A stretch of DNA of 64,000 bases, from positions 1 to 64,000 of the forward strand of contig JALMLS010000313.1 in NCBI GenBank assembly GCA_038496445.1, written 5' to 3'. The translations under genes and the position numbers were made by a program. Shown piece by piece: positions 24,499 to 38,388 of the stretch; within the stretch, counting starts at the first letter, position 1, and the number at the start of each line of letters is the position of its first letter. Origin of the DNA: Trichosphaerium sp. ATCC 40318. Taxonomy: Eukaryota > Protista > Tubulinea. A model generated the notes under the pieces. It had not been told where the DNA came from, did no database searches, and saw only the letters and a list, made by a program, of their open reading frames with translations.

Positions 24499-25075
24499 CT
24501 AAATAGTTCCTATGGCATAATATAGATAATTAGTGTGCCGAATTTTCGACTTTTTTTTGACAAAGTTCTACATAATTGGGTTTCCCCAACAGCTATCGCA
24601 TTGTGGACGCAAAATGTAGACGTTTAATTGTTCAACATGCTCGTACACTTGCCTTCAACTGAAGACAGTTGAGCTTTCCTTTGAATATTGCTGGTAGTTG
24701 GCCAAAATACAAACCTCAGGTACAATCACTAAAAGGTATGGCGTTGCACGAATTCATCTACAATAATTACTTCAGTGGCTAACGTAGATTCAAGCCGGTG
24801 GGCACAAAAAACACATAATTTTACGCGTATAGAACACGATTTTGGCTCAATTAGTTTTACAATGTTTGACGTTTCTTAACGCGCTACCTATTTGGGGTAA
24901 TATATTTTACTCAGCCTTTCGTAGCGTATAGCGCGTATTCGTGACAGTGTCACTGGTGTACGTCTGCGTTCTCGTTTGACCTGTTGAGACTAAAAATAAA
25001 AACCAAAGTTCATAATTCTTCAGTGCCTCAACCGTTACCTCAAAAGCAGTTGATAATATTATTTTAATCCCAAGC

Positions 25076-25680
25076 ATGTCTGAACAATCTACTAGTCCAT
25101 CTAGATCTTATAAGTACGCTTGCGAGCGCACCGTTTGTTTTTTTGTTTTTTAATGAATTTGTCTTAGCTATGCTCATATTAAAAGGGAGTGGTATCACCA
25201 CCCTGACCCTTCGTTCTTCAGGGTCAAGCTAACTGAGGCCGATATTGAGTGCGTCGAGGTTTCTTTTCCTTGACATTAACTTAAACCCACTGTAGAAGGA
25301 TAAGAAGGATAGAGATAAAGCCTCAACGAATTTTCGTACGTTTGGCACTCAATTTATTTCAACCGCTGAACTTTTTTTAGCACCAAGAATCAGAAGATGC
25401 AAAAAATGCCTCCAAGAGGTTGCTGGAGGCCATTAACCTCACCAGCAGTAAGCTGGCCAAAAAAATGGTTTGCGAACCATTAAAGTTTAGATCACTTTCA
25501 CACTGCCTTGACTGCTTAGAGGCGCAAGGGTGTGTACTAGCCAGGCGCCTGGACAAGATTATTTGTCCTGTCGCTTTTATGGCTGTCGTGGCGGGTGAAC
25601 GCGTGTATGGTACTCTGATAGTTTGCAGAGACGCACAAACAATTATAAGTGCTCTTGCTGAGGCGTGTAACGCAGAATAA
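25076..25680 (+). CDS. Family X short form, divergent subfamily (about 146 aa, 4 exons)
   Basis: MSEQSTSPSRSYK|EWYHHPDPSFFRVKLTEADIE|RIRRIEIKPQRIF|HQESED...LLEAINLTSSKLAKKMVCEPLKFRSLSHCLDCL. The three intron positions and phases (2,2,0) equal those of 7745-8330 and 19064-19662. Confidence 0.72.
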
Positions 25681-25989
25681 AATGTAGTTGTTGTTTGTTT
25701 CAAAAATAAAATTGCAGCCTATTCACTCAACAAACAACACGATTGGTCTATCTTCCATTCGTTACCATTAACCCGTGCACTATGTCGTAGGTATTTGAAC
25801 TTTGACATTACCGTCAAAAAATAGATTTAACCGACAAGCAACCCATAACAGTTTTGAGTTGAAATTACGCACGTGATGTGTCAGAGAGCGTTTAATAGTT
25901 TTCAGTCCTTCAAAATTACTTTACGCGTAGTGGCACAAGTTGTTGCTCAGACTTAATTCTTAGGCCTTCCTTAAGAGTACTACGTTGCG

Positions 25990-27193
25990 ATGTCAGCGCT
26001 ACCACTACATATGGATTTTAACAGTGGGCTTGGCTCCTCTGATAATCCTGTATGGCGTCGCACATGGAATTATCTACGTCGTGTATTATATTACCCCCAA
26101 ATGGATCTGGAGTACACATTATGGCAAATGATCTACCTTTGCATCTCCCCTAAACAAGTGTACGCTTTTTCATCTAAACGGCCTTATTTAATGGTTTTTA
26201 GGTACAAAACTACAAAATACCATAAACGTAAGCGCTTTTAGAAGGTTTTTGCGTACTCATGCTGGTAGAAACAAAAAATCAATGGGCCAGAGACGACCCA
26301 GGCTTTATATGTGTGCAAGTGTATTTTTTAATCGTTTCTACGATAGCTTGGTGTATAATGATGCGTGCGTTTGCTTGACGTTGCCTGGACTGGCTCTAAA
26401 CGAACGTAGGCGTATCATTTATGCGCGGATTGTTCATAACGCTCAGTGTTGTGTTTGGTGATTATTTACTCTTCGGCGCTATTATTGCCACCATTGGATG
26501 GTACGAGAGCGTACTGAAATGTAACTGTCAAGCTTGTCATTTCTTTTTGTTGTTTTTTGCCAGCACAAGCAAACACCTCTTACAAAAATCCTGATTTTAA
26601 TATCATGAGTTATTAAATTGTGTAGGTTTATTGCAAACAAATACATGCGTGTATCAGGTTTACATTCAGTGGAGCAGGTAAATTTTCAGTTTATGAAATT
26701 TCACAACAGTTCTACTGCGTTGCATGAACCGTATCAAGTTAATTTATACGAATCATGTACCTATAATATTCTTACTAACATACACATACTAGGATGTGGA
26801 ATGGCTCTATGCTTTTGATGTTCACTGTAATGCTTTCTTTCCACTTTTTCTAATATGTCACGTGGTTCAATTTTTTCTCATTTACTTCTTGCTTGGCAAT
26901 GGCATATTTGTTACCTTCTTATCGGATACACTATATCTTGCAGCGTTTAGTTGTTATTTTTACATTACATTCAGTGGATACACAGGTGCGTGATTCGCTG
27001 TTTTGGTTGCCAACAAATTTATACATGGTTTTTATTTTGGTTTACTTGTCATTAACCCGTAATAGTACTGCCCTTTTTGCACAAGACTGAATGGTTCTTA
27101 TATCCTATTGGATTTATGTTCTTATTCTATATCACAGCAATGATATTTGGGCTGAACTTTACTGTGATTTCAATGAACTTGTATTTTGCTTAG
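25990..27193 (+). CDS. UNC50: UNC-50 family Golgi membrane protein
   Basis: YLRR...QMDLEYTLWQMIYLCISPKQVY...YHKQTKNQWARDDP and VEWLYAFDVHCNAFFP. Confidence 0.95.
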
Positions 27194-27519
27194 ATTTGAT
27201 TTGAAAAAAAAACCTCAACAGCTCTTGACATGCTTGTAAAAATTTCATACAGAGTGTTGTGTCTTGCTTGTAAATAATACTATTGCATGCCTGTGCGTTA
27301 TCGTTTTTTTTTCTGTACATTCAATGACTAAAGCGGTGTTGTCACACAGAAAAGCAAACCTAACTATTACAGTTACAGTTGTGCTGCACTTTTTTGGCTG
27401 TTTACCAACCGCTCGCTGACAGTCGAGTTGGTAGTTTCTACTTATCCTTCTTTACAGACGATATTTGACTTTTGGTTTAACGCTTAAACCTCAAAAAACG
27501 TTGGTGTGTCAAACGCAAA

Positions 27520-30500
27520 ATGTCGGCAGATCCGGCCGCTAGCCAGCCAACAGTGTTTATTGTTAGTCTTCGCTTGGATGACGGAGATGCTGCAGGTGTA
27601 AGCATACTAGGTGCGAAAAAAGAAAACAACAGATTGTTATGCTCTTTCTATGCGTTGTTGTTATCTCTTTAACATATAAAACTAGGACCGGCAGATGACT
27701 GGGCCAAAGGCGTTAAAATGACAAAGGTTGATGGTGTCAAATGGCACGCTTCGTGTACCTTGGAGGTAACATGCCACCTTATTTAGTCGTGTTTCTCATG
27801 TGATGTCATTTTTTAGAGTACTTTTAACTACAAATACAAGATATACCGCCCAGGAGATTTAACCGGCGTTGTAGAGGTAATTTTAAGAGTTGAAAATGAA
27901 CTTGGAAAAGTCTGCTTCCTGAAAAAACAAACAGAAAAAATCTCATTTCTTTATTGTGTTTACATAACGGCAGTGTTAGTGGTCAATCCAAATTTACTGT
28001 TTTTTGTACGAAATAGACTCAACGTATCCAATCAATCAAAATTCACTCGTTTTTGAAACGAATCTTGCCACTTTTTGTTACGACTCAACTAAATATATTA
28101 TACATGTTAGGTATGTCCTGTACGTCGTTGTGATACATTGGGAAAGACGTATATAGATCAATGGGATTATCCGTCTCTCACAAAGGTTCAAGTGCGTTTA
28201 AACCTTAAAAATATTTGGCATATTTGTGATTAATGTTTCTAGGATGAACCGCCGCCTGAAATAGCTTCTAAGGTATCTAGTGATGACTTTAAAACAAAAG
28301 CAGGAGATTTTGATGATTCCAAAGGATTTGTAGATATTCCTTCTATTGGTAACCACGTGACACCAACAGTCATTTTTTTAATTTAAAACTAACATTAACA
28401 AAAGATATTGGAAATTTTTCGTCAAGTGAAGGTGCGACACATTGATTATTCACCGTTAACGTTGATTTCTTTGTAATCATATATAAAATAGAGAGCGAAG
28501 AACCACCTATAACAGGATTGAATGACGAAGACGCAAAAGTGTTAGAGGAATTCCAAAATCCAGAAACAATTTTCGATGATGATCCCGGTAGTTTAAGGGG
28601 TCCTATGAGCCAAGACAAAGTAGATGTTAGTAACACTGGTAGTAAACCCGGTGAAAATCAAGAGGAGCTTGTTGTCGATCCTAATTACGAGCCGTATGGT
28701 ACACTACACTCAGAAAACGAAAATTCTTTTTCTCAGATATAAATATCTGCACCACATCTAATATTTTTTGTTATGAAAGGTTCTTCATACGAAGATGTTG
28801 AATTGAGGAAAGATACAGATGCAAAACTTGATCCAAAGCCCAAGAAGGTATGTTGCAAGTTTGGGTTTTGTTTTTTCTCACTTTGTTAATCTCCCTCTCT
28901 TAGAATACCTCAAACATAATTATTAATATACTTGACACCCATGTTGCAAGTGATACACTTCGTTCGTGGGTTGTTTACACTGTACAGTCTACGGTATGTT
29001 GAAACTTGGTGCTTGTTTCGAGTTGTGATTTTTTTGAAATTAGTTTATTTCTCCTTCGGAACGTGTTCATGTTGAGCGTCGCTACAGTGACTTTCTATGG
29101 CTTCGCGATAGATTGGCTGGAAAGTACAAATACTACATTATGCCTCCACTACCACGAAAGGTTCCAGTATCAACAAGTACGTCAAAGTTACAGGAAAAAA
29201 GATACAGTATTTCACGTTAATGAAATTAAAGACCACTTCACGCTCGTATTCAGGCAATATAGAAAGAAGCTGTTACAAATATTTCTCCAACGCATAGCGA
29301 ATCATAGGGCTTTATCAAAATCAAAAGACTTTAAACGGTTCTTGCGTGAGCAGGTACGAAAACATCAACAGAGTATTGCAGAATTGACGAAAGAAATTGG
29401 GGTTTTTGGTGGAAATTCTCTCGGTGTTTCTTTGGGTGCTGATTGCTTCCTAATTAGGACTATCAAAAAAACTTAAAGAAGGGTACATGGAAAGAATGGG
29501 GTCAAAAAAGCACATCAATATTTATGGCTAAGAGTAAGGAAGTGGCAAGTAGGCTTCCAAATATTCACAAAGAAGTTGCTGTAACAACTGGTACTAAACC
29601 AGTAGAAGATGTACGACTATTGAACGATATCCCTATCAATGAGTCTTAGTGTTATATCTCTTACTTAAACATAGGAAGACCCTTGGTTTCAAGCTGTAAG
29701 AGAACTTACTGAAGGCGCTGCTGTTTCGTTTCGAAAAGTGCGAATAGTTTTGGTTTAAGGAATATTTTGAGATAACTTACTGATTGTATTCCTTGTAGTT
29801 GTTAGCTGCGTCCCAGATGTTATCTGCAAAAGAAAGAGGTAAGACGAAAGCTGCATATTCGTAGCAAAAGAACAACTTACTAAGAAAAGAAATTTGTTGT
29901 TGATGAAATTAACTCGGTTTTTCAAATAGGGTTCAATAAAATATTATCTGCTTTGTCTCAAGTAAGCGCAGACTTTTCATCTGTTGAAGTTATGGGTAAT
30001 AGCAATTCCACATTGTATAAGCCACTAGTCAAGCTATCTGAAGTAGCAGTAAGACTTAAATTCATACGTTACTTCTAACTTTTTCAAGGGAAGATTGAGC
30101 GAGTTAGAAACAAAATTAGCAGAATCTGAACCTCAAAAATTTGGAGAAACCGTTGAGGATTTTCTAGGTTACTCCATGGTTGTCAAGGTTTGTACCAAGC
30201 GTATAAATGTATTTCCCTTATTTATTCATAATTTATTAATAGGCTGCACTACATAAGCGATATGTAATGATGCTTCAATTGCAAGAACAACAAAAAGTTA
30301 GAGGAAAAAGAAAAGGAACATTGATTGAAACAAAACTAGACCAAGAGCGCGTTCTTAATTCAGCTGAAGGATTCTTCGAGGTTAGTACTTTACATTACAC
30401 CATTGTTACAGAACTAGCTATTTAATCATCTGCATTTAGGCTGAGTTTAGTCATTATTCAACGAAACAAAAGTTTGATAGGATAGCTCAAAGAAATAAGC

Positions 30501-30652
30501 AGTGTATGCAACAATACATTGACTATAAGCACGAAGACTTTATTACGGCCATGGTGGATATGGCTGATCTTCATATACTTTGCTCAGAACAACGAATGCT
30601 TGCATGGAAGGAACTAGAAGAATCTTTAAACGCAAATCCACCACCATACTAG
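27520..30652 (+). CDS. Sorting nexin (PX + BAR-like coiled coil) with N-terminal CBM20-like domain
   Basis: PX motifs WVVYTVQS, HVERRYSDFLWLRDRL...IMPPLPRK and YRKKLLQIFLQRIANHRALSKSKDFKRFL, then a helical C-terminus. The N-terminus reads DDWAKGVKMTKVDGVKWHASCTLESTFNYKYKI. Confidence 0.8.
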
Positions 30653-30843
30653 TTAGAAAATAAAACACGAAAATCCTACCAAGTCGCTCACCCATAGCCT
30701 AAACTATGAATTTTGTTGTTGCAATATGGATTAAATGCTTGTTTTAGAGTCCACACGGCGTTTTTGATGCGATAAAAACTCAGTTGTGGTAAATACATTT
30801 CAACTTCGTCAATTGATAGCATAATTTTCTTTATTGTATGAAA

Positions 30844-31598
30844 CTACTGACCTGGGAAGTCGCAACATGGTATGCCGCAAATGTAAAGGGTTTGCATAGG
30901 TGCTGGTCTCCTTTTTCTTTTTCTTCTCCTTGTCTTCTTTTTTGCCTCTTCAGTTCCGTCTTTTTTATCATTTTTTTTTTCCTCTGACTTTTCGTCTTTG
31001 TCAACATCCATAGCATCATCTTTTGTCTCTTTCTCGTTCTGTTCTTCCTCTTCCTTAGCCTTCTCCGCTGCTTCCGTTAACTCTTTCTCATGCGCTGTAT
31101 CGTAGCGCTCGGCAATGAAGCCATCAAGTTCCTTGAGACACTCGTTGACATCTACTCTTAGAGCATTATATTCCGCGATATCATTTTCTTTGTAGTATTC
31201 CTCAAGTGCTTCATCAAGATTCTTTCGAAATATTTGCAATGCAATAACGAATATCTCTTCAGATAGAACTCCCTTATGTTCTTTTGCGATATCTACGATC
31301 GTATCATAATGAGTACATAACTGATTAAGTGATCCAGTGAACACAGGGCTTAGAAACTAAGTGCGTTTAGTTTTTTTCAAATTTCGATATGATTGATGGG
31401 TAAGTCAAAGTTTCGTTAATCGAGTGAAATTCGATCTCGTTCAAAAAAATATAACTTGTCAACTCGTGAGTTTAATGTATTGTATTTGAGTACATAGTTT
31501 ACCTTGTCATCTCCTATGATTGGTTGGTTTATAAAATACTTTTCAATTTCACCCATTCTATCAATTATCGAATCACGCGTTGGTATTTCGTCCTCCAT
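30844..31598 (-). CDS. Hypothetical acidic/basic helical protein with Cys-rich C-terminus (2 exons)
   Basis: ORFs 31416-31598 and 30844-31344 are joined by a GT-AG intron; the protein ends RRRKRKRRP...ICGIPCCDFPGQ. Confidence 0.65.
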
Positions 31599-31795
31599 AC
31601 TTGTGGAAATATGTATAGTTCAATCAGTGTCTTGTTGTGCTGCGTTGATGATAGGTACGAAAAAAAAATGAGCAGTTGATTGAAAACCAAAAATGAAGGT
31701 CACGAGTTAAGTGGCAGTATTTAGGAATTGAACCCGCACGATATGCAATTTCGCCTAACAGATAGCGTCAACCACGACAAGGTGAACCACCAATA

Positions 31796-34793
31796 ATGGC
31801 CTTCAAGCGAACCTTGTCCTACAAATTGACCCACGCCGCTAACGTAAGTAGTCTGTTTTCGAATTATTTTCAAAGAAAACTTTTCTTGACTATGCTATTG
31901 TGTCACAATAAGACTAGACGTTACTTGGTACCAAGCTACGTGCACTGATATCATACAAATCCTGTGGTTAAGCGACGTTGCCGGTATTTTTGTTTTTACA
32001 ACGACTGTTTTTGACATTTATTGTTTCCGCCCAGCATTGTTGCTTCCTTTAGCCTATACTCGTACTACCAATAAACCACATTACATTACCCTACGTGTCA
32101 TGTGGGGTGTAACGCAGGTATGCATTTAAACCGTTTTATTCGCGTTGTAACAATCTCAGGCGCTTGGCGATTTGACTGGAACATCGAAACAACCTTCGAG
32201 ACGAGTAGAATTGACAAAACCTCTCAAAGATGTTCAAAACAAGATTTTACGCGTTGCCGAAGGCTCAGTTCTTGTGTGGGACGCTCAAATATCGTTTGAA
32301 GACATAGACGATCCTAGGTTGGCAACGTTACCAATAATCGCGTCTTTATAACCCCTAGACTGTGGAATGGTAAATTAGATTTTGTGCCATTACAGCCAAA
32401 CCGCATTTCAGACGCTCTCGCTTTTATAAGCCGAACAAAGCACCAAAACATCGTCTTTTATATCCGTACGGAGTGTCAAGTGTCATACGTATACTTAACG
32501 GCTGGAAAGAGGTGGCTTGTGGCGTGTGGGCTAGCTGTGTCAGCCAAATTTTGTCGTTGAGAGATTGGGATACTATTACCACTTTTGTTGGTATTCCACC
32601 AACGTTACCTTGGCCTGGTCCAACACCTGCGAGTACGTACATACAATAAAGAATTAGCTATCACGTTAGGGTAACTGCTAAATCGTAATAGCTATAATGC
32701 CTTTGTATGACTTCAAGGATCCAGATGTAATGCTTTTCAATTATTGGCAACCTGATTGCATTCCACCAATTATAATAGCTCATGACCTAGCGTCAGCATT
32801 GAATCCTCTAGGAAAGTAAGTACCACTTCCGTGTCCTCCAGTCTAATTGAAGTAGAATTGAACCGACCAACGTACCACAACCACTAGTGGTATGTTTGAC
32901 TTGTCAACCTGTAAAAAAGTATTCACTTTTGTCACTTAGAAATACACAAAACGAGCATCAACTGGTTTATTGAAACTATTTGCATCTCTTGGTATAGCCG
33001 TAGACTGCTTCGCTCTTGGGCCAGCAGCAAAGGTGTTTGGATATTCGTTAAGAGAACGACTTGCTTTTGAACCACCAGCAAGCACAGCAAACAGAGTTTC
33101 CTTTGTCATCATTGATCGAGTACTTAAACCTGATATCAGCAACATCTAATAGTGTACACAGGGAATAGATTTGGTGGCACCTATTGAATCTGCTACATTG
33201 CTGGACAAAGTGCAAATGATGGCCAATGTACACGTCAAACTTAAGGACTTTCGCACTAAAACATTTTGTTAGGGCGAAAAGGCACCCACGTGGCTTCACA
33301 TGAATAAACATGTAGAAAAAGACTATAAACTTGATGAGTCTGTTCCTACACCGTCTGTGTATATACAAAATCTATTAGAGGGTGTGAATACTGATGATGT
33401 ATTGGCAAAGCTCTCAAAGAGACTCGAACTCAAAAAACAAGCAAAGGTAATAAGTAATTGTTAAATTGTCTTTACATCGTTTAGTTGCAGGAATCTCCAC
33501 TAGCAAGGCTCTCACAAGCGCTTGAAATACTCTCGGAAAGTAATGGGACTGCGTATCAAGATGTAGATGCTGTTTCGTGGGCTACACTCGCAGCTTGGGC
33601 TGCTTATAAAGAAGGTACAAAATGCCACAAATGCGAAGTGCCGTTAATCTTTGTTTGTTAGACACAATGCCATTTTTAAAGCGCAGACGGAATGTCATTG
33701 ATGCAGTGATGCGTTATGATACAAAAGAGAATGCTATTCAACGCCTTATTACAGCCCTGAAACAAAATGGTACCAAAGGTTTTTTTTGGTTTCGTAGTTT
33801 TAAACTGATAAAGCTTCTACGTACTCCAAGTTATTTAATTATGTATAGCACCAATGGGGACTACAGATATTCTTTTGTGTAGTATTCTTGCATTTTCTTT
33901 ACATGGAGCTAAAGACATTTCTTGGGATGAGCAAAGAGATCTTAAGGTTTTTTTGGTGGAAGGCTTAATTTCTAAAGACCAGAGTGATGCTGTACGAGTA
34001 TTTCCTATTTTTCAATAACTCATGTCTTGTAGGATAAATGGTTACTTGGAGAAGCACTAGCAAAAGACTTAAAAGCATCCTGGGATAACAAGGGAGAAAC
34101 AGAAGTACTTACTTACGTTCTACTATTAAGTTCACTCACCGTTATTAAGGAAAACCACGTGGCTCAACAAATACGTCTTGTAGTTGAGGATAAAGTTGAC
34201 GACGTATTATCAAAGCTTATGGCTGTAAAAGACGCTCGTAAAGACTTGAGACAATACAAGTATGTGACAATAGATAGTTGAAAGAGGCTTATGTTTCTTT
34301 AGAAACATACACCCAGGAAAATACGAAAGTGTCATTTCTCAGTTCATATATGATTTACTTGACCCTCGCAAACCTGAGCTACTTGGAGTAAAGCCTATAG
34401 CTTCAGTGTCTATAAGTGGATTGCTTAATAGAGGGTTTAGTAGCTTAGGTCTAAAGAACAGAGATAGACCAACAGACAACAAAGTTGTATCCTTTTTTCG
34501 GTTTGTTTATAGATACTGATGTTAACACTATGTGCAGCAAGAACGGCCTTCTTTCTATTTATCTATCCTTAACAGATCAGATAATTCTTCATTTTATTGG
34601 TGGCATATCTTGGAGAGAAATTTACGATATAAGAAAGGCAGCAAAAGATAAAGAAGAACACCAGGCACGTTTTTGATGTTTTCTTCTAATTTTCTTGTTT
34701 ACTTCTACAAAAATAACTTTACCACAGATAATAATAATGGCAGATATAATCAATAAACCTAAGCAAGTGCTACAATCCCTTTTTTGCAAGTAA
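31796..34793 (+). CDS. Sec1/Munc18-family protein, SCFD2/MIP3-like
   Basis: VDCFALGPAAK, SFVIIDR...DLVAP, DLLDPRKPEL...GLLNRGFSSLGL...RPTDNK and IILHFIGGISWREI. The start is approximate. Confidence 0.7.
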
Positions 34794-35477
34794 AGTATAA
34801 TAATAAGAAATTTATCAGTAAAAACTGACGATTCTTACTAATACATACTTACTTTCTATACTGGGAACTCACGTACTAATCTGCTTCCTACTATTCTCCA
34901 TGTACATTATACTCCATCAAATGTAGTGTACTGGCTATCTGTAACAAGTGTATATCAGAATATCAAGTAAAGTCTAAAAGCGAAATCAAAACTTTATTTG
35001 GGCAGATTTATTGAGCTTTTAAGTAGAATTTCCCATATTTTTCCATTCGAGAATCGTACACGATTGTCTTGTCATTTTTCCTCACAAGTGTCACTACGTA
35101 ATGGTACGATTTTAATTTGTATATAGTACTAAAGCCACGCATAGAAGCAATAGAGCACTTGTATACGATATGCATGTTGTAACGCTCTGAATCACTAAAA
35201 AATATGCATTCTTTTCACCTTTTTTTGGAAGTTAAGTGAGGCTACGAATTCATTGTTTTGCAGTGCAATAGAGAAAGCCGCCAAAGGTAAGTGCTCTAGC
35301 TTATAAAGAAAGTCACAAGCGCTAGAATGCCATGTATCAGCACACCAACTTTTATCGTAAGTGCCGTTGGTCGTAAATTGTTGGGTTTTATTGTGATTAT
35401 ATAGAAACAGTAACTCTTATTACAAAGGGTTTCGATTGCAGAAGGATTAAAAATTGTATTGGCTCAAAAGCACAAAA

Positions 35478-37490
35478 TTATGCTTGCTTTGCTTTTGCAG
35501 TGTAACCCAAGTGTAAACCTTGAGCAACCAACATACCAAACCCTGCAATGGCAGCAGGCACACCAATTACCAGGGAAGAAACCTAAAAGTGGAGTCAGTA
35601 ATGTACTGCAGTAGGTAGTCTCCTTTTTACGTACCAGACTATTAGTAGGATCTACTAGACCGCTAGCAGCAACGCCGACGGAAGTGATTGTGAAAGCGGC
35701 AACAAATGATATGAAAGAAATACCATAGCTAACAGCGCCAGCAGGCGCACTAGTACTCTCTGGTGCAGATTGAATCGGAGCTGGTGTAGGCGATGAAGTA
35801 TCACTGACAGCATTTTTTGCTTCAGCAAGGGCAGACACGAGATACTCTTTAACTTTTGCGGCTTTCTCTATTGCACTGCAAAAAAAATTAACAGAGCGTA
35901 CTTACATAGCCACATGATGGTACCTTAGGGAACTATCCGCTCCACAATATTGTTTAAAATCGGCGTCAAATAATGTAGAAAGTTCAGTTGCTATGCTATC
36001 TTGACCGCCAGCTACAGGTGCTTCAACAGGTGCTTGTGACTTAGACTGAGCCTTCTAGAAACCAGTAAAACAAGCGAATTCTGTGGTTTGTTTTTTGTAC
36101 GTACAGCTTTCTTCAACGATGCTTGTAATTCAGAAATTGTTTGCTCCTTTTCAGCATTTTCTGTGGTAATACGCTTCAACTCCTCGTCTTTAGCATGAAG
36201 GACACTTGATTGTTCTTCAAGAGCAGCTGTGTTACGTTCCAACGCTTCTTGCATTGCTTCAACATCTTCTTTAAGTTCGTCGATTTCGCTGGTATCAACT
36301 GGAGCTGCTGGGGCAGCTTTTACTTCTTTTGGCGTTTTTTGTTTACTTAATTCTTCATTTTCTGCTCGGAGATTATCTAATTCTTTTTGTAGCTTTGCTA
36401 CAGTCTCATCGCGTTTCTTTAGTTTATCCTCATTTTCCTATCACATCAGTTGTTAGAAGGATAACTCGTGTAAAATTAAGAAAAACGTTTTGTGTTTCGA
36501 GGCATCAAAAGTTTGAAACGGCTGATTTTGGTGTTTTTAGACGCACCTGCGCACGTGTGAAGGCATCAGAGTGTTCTTGGGTCACTTTGTTAAGAAGTTG
36601 TCGGAGTTCTTCCGTTTCAGAAGTTTTAGAGCCGCTCTTTAGCTTGGACTTGCTTGGTTGTTTTTTTGGCTTTGGCTTTTTATCTTTACTAACATGCTTG
36701 GAGCTGGTTTTCTTTTCTAATTTCTTTGATGAATCTTCCTCTGGTTCTGCTTTAGCTTCAGTTTCAGCTTCGCTTTTTTTCAATTCATCATCTAAGCTAT
36801 CTCCAAAATACTAAAAATTGCTTAATACACGCACGCTATCATTTTGTAACTTTGTAGACGATAAAAAACAAACAATTGGATTGTGACATTTTCTCGGTAC
36901 CTTGATTGATACTTTGAGTTCTCCGGATACCTTATCCTTATCCTTACGTTTTCTAAGCGTTTGCCAACCACTTACTTCATCTACAAAATAATTAATAAAT
37001 TGATAATTTTGTTTCCAAAAAAATGTGAGTAACAAGATCGTACGTTTCATTAAATATGCTACTTTGAAAGAAAGTTGCCCCTGTAGTAAAGCGGTTACTT
37101 AGGTACCCGAAAAAACAAAAAGGTCAATAATGACGCTATACCATGAAGTCTTTCCCAAACGCGTCGTCGTCCCACATAAGGAGGTTAATTTCGCTGTCTT
37201 CAGATACGCGACTCATCGGAACTGCAAACGATTCCTACGCGCAATTAGCAACGGCTGTACACCCCCATACAACGGGTAAAGCGTATACGCACATTAAAGA
37301 TTGGGGTCAGTGTGTTGGGAATGATTTTCGTTTTATCGATCTTTTTAGACCCCACTCTGATGTTAACATACGGATCACTTGTGCCTATGCAAGTTATTAG
37401 TTTTTACAGGTAAAACAAAAACGTACCATCACTATCGTGGGCGTAAAGATCGCGGCCTTCGATAATCCTAATTATAAACCCTCCGCTCAT
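35478..37490 (-). CDS. C2 domain + coiled-coil protein with C-terminal transmembrane segments
   Basis: IRIIEGRDLYAHDSDGTSDPYV, TLTPIFNESF, MWDDDAFGKDFMG and VSGELKVSIKY, then a long coiled coil and two hydrophobic C-terminal stretches. Confidence 0.85.
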
Positions 37491-37744
37491 TTGTTGGTTG
37501 AGGTGTTGTGGCAAAGAATGAATAATAATTCCAAAATAAAGCGGGTCTCTATAAGTAAACAATATGGTTGACGTCACTTGTGTGCGCACTAACACGAGTG
37601 TATGTCAACTAAAAGCTCTTTAATGTTTCACTGATTAATGCTGATGCGGACAGTTGATAAAATATTCTGCAAGGAGTACAAAGAAATAAGGCAATAATAC
37701 TAATGTCGTTACTTTATTTTAATTGAAATCAAACTGAAACGAGC

Positions 37745-38286
37745 TCACGCAACGCGGAGTATTATATGTACACCGGAAGAAGTGTCACAAACTTCACTAA
37801 TTTGTCCAACTTTAAGAGCGAAACTACACTACGGTTAATACGTACTACGCGTAAAGATTCACGTACGAGGCTTGTTCGAAAGGTAGATGCATTTCGCCTG
37901 AGTAAAAGTAAGAAAACATGCTCTAATTAAACAGAAAGCGCGCCTTTGCCAAAGAAACCTAAATCACCACCTCTTTTGGCTGACGAGCAATCGCTGAACT
38001 CTTTGGCAATGTCAACAAATTGTTTTTCCCCAGATGTTATTTGAGCGCGATAGCCTACGTATGTAAGTGATACCTGGCATAACTGGAACTGTTAGAGCCA
38101 GAGTAGTTCCGTTACCTTTTAATATTGCTAAAGCTTCGTCCTTGGTTCTAGTTACATTGTCTTGGCGCCAACTACGTGGGTTTCTATTCAAAACGTCCAT
38201 TAATAGATGCAATGTCCCATAAGCACTCCTTACCTTACGGCGTTGTGTTTAACTAGAATATGGGAGCAGCGTACTTTGGTTGTCAT
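37745..38286 (-). CDS. PIN1: Pin1-type parvulin peptidyl-prolyl isomerase lacking a WW domain
   Basis: MTTKVRCSHILVKH...RNPRSWR...TRTKDEA...[54 protein letters not shown]. Confidence 0.92.
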
Positions 38287-38388
38287 TTGATTACTCTTGC
38301 ACTGAAACTTAAACATGGATAATTTAAGTAAGAAGATTTTATTGTACAGGTTTCTTTTTTTTGACATTTAACGCAATGACACTCCTGG

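Noticed and set aside
25377-25703. Minus-strand ORFs at 25377-25703, 58351-58629 and similar overlapping ORFs in the track
   Set aside because: They are antisense shadows of the real spliced genes on the opposite strand.
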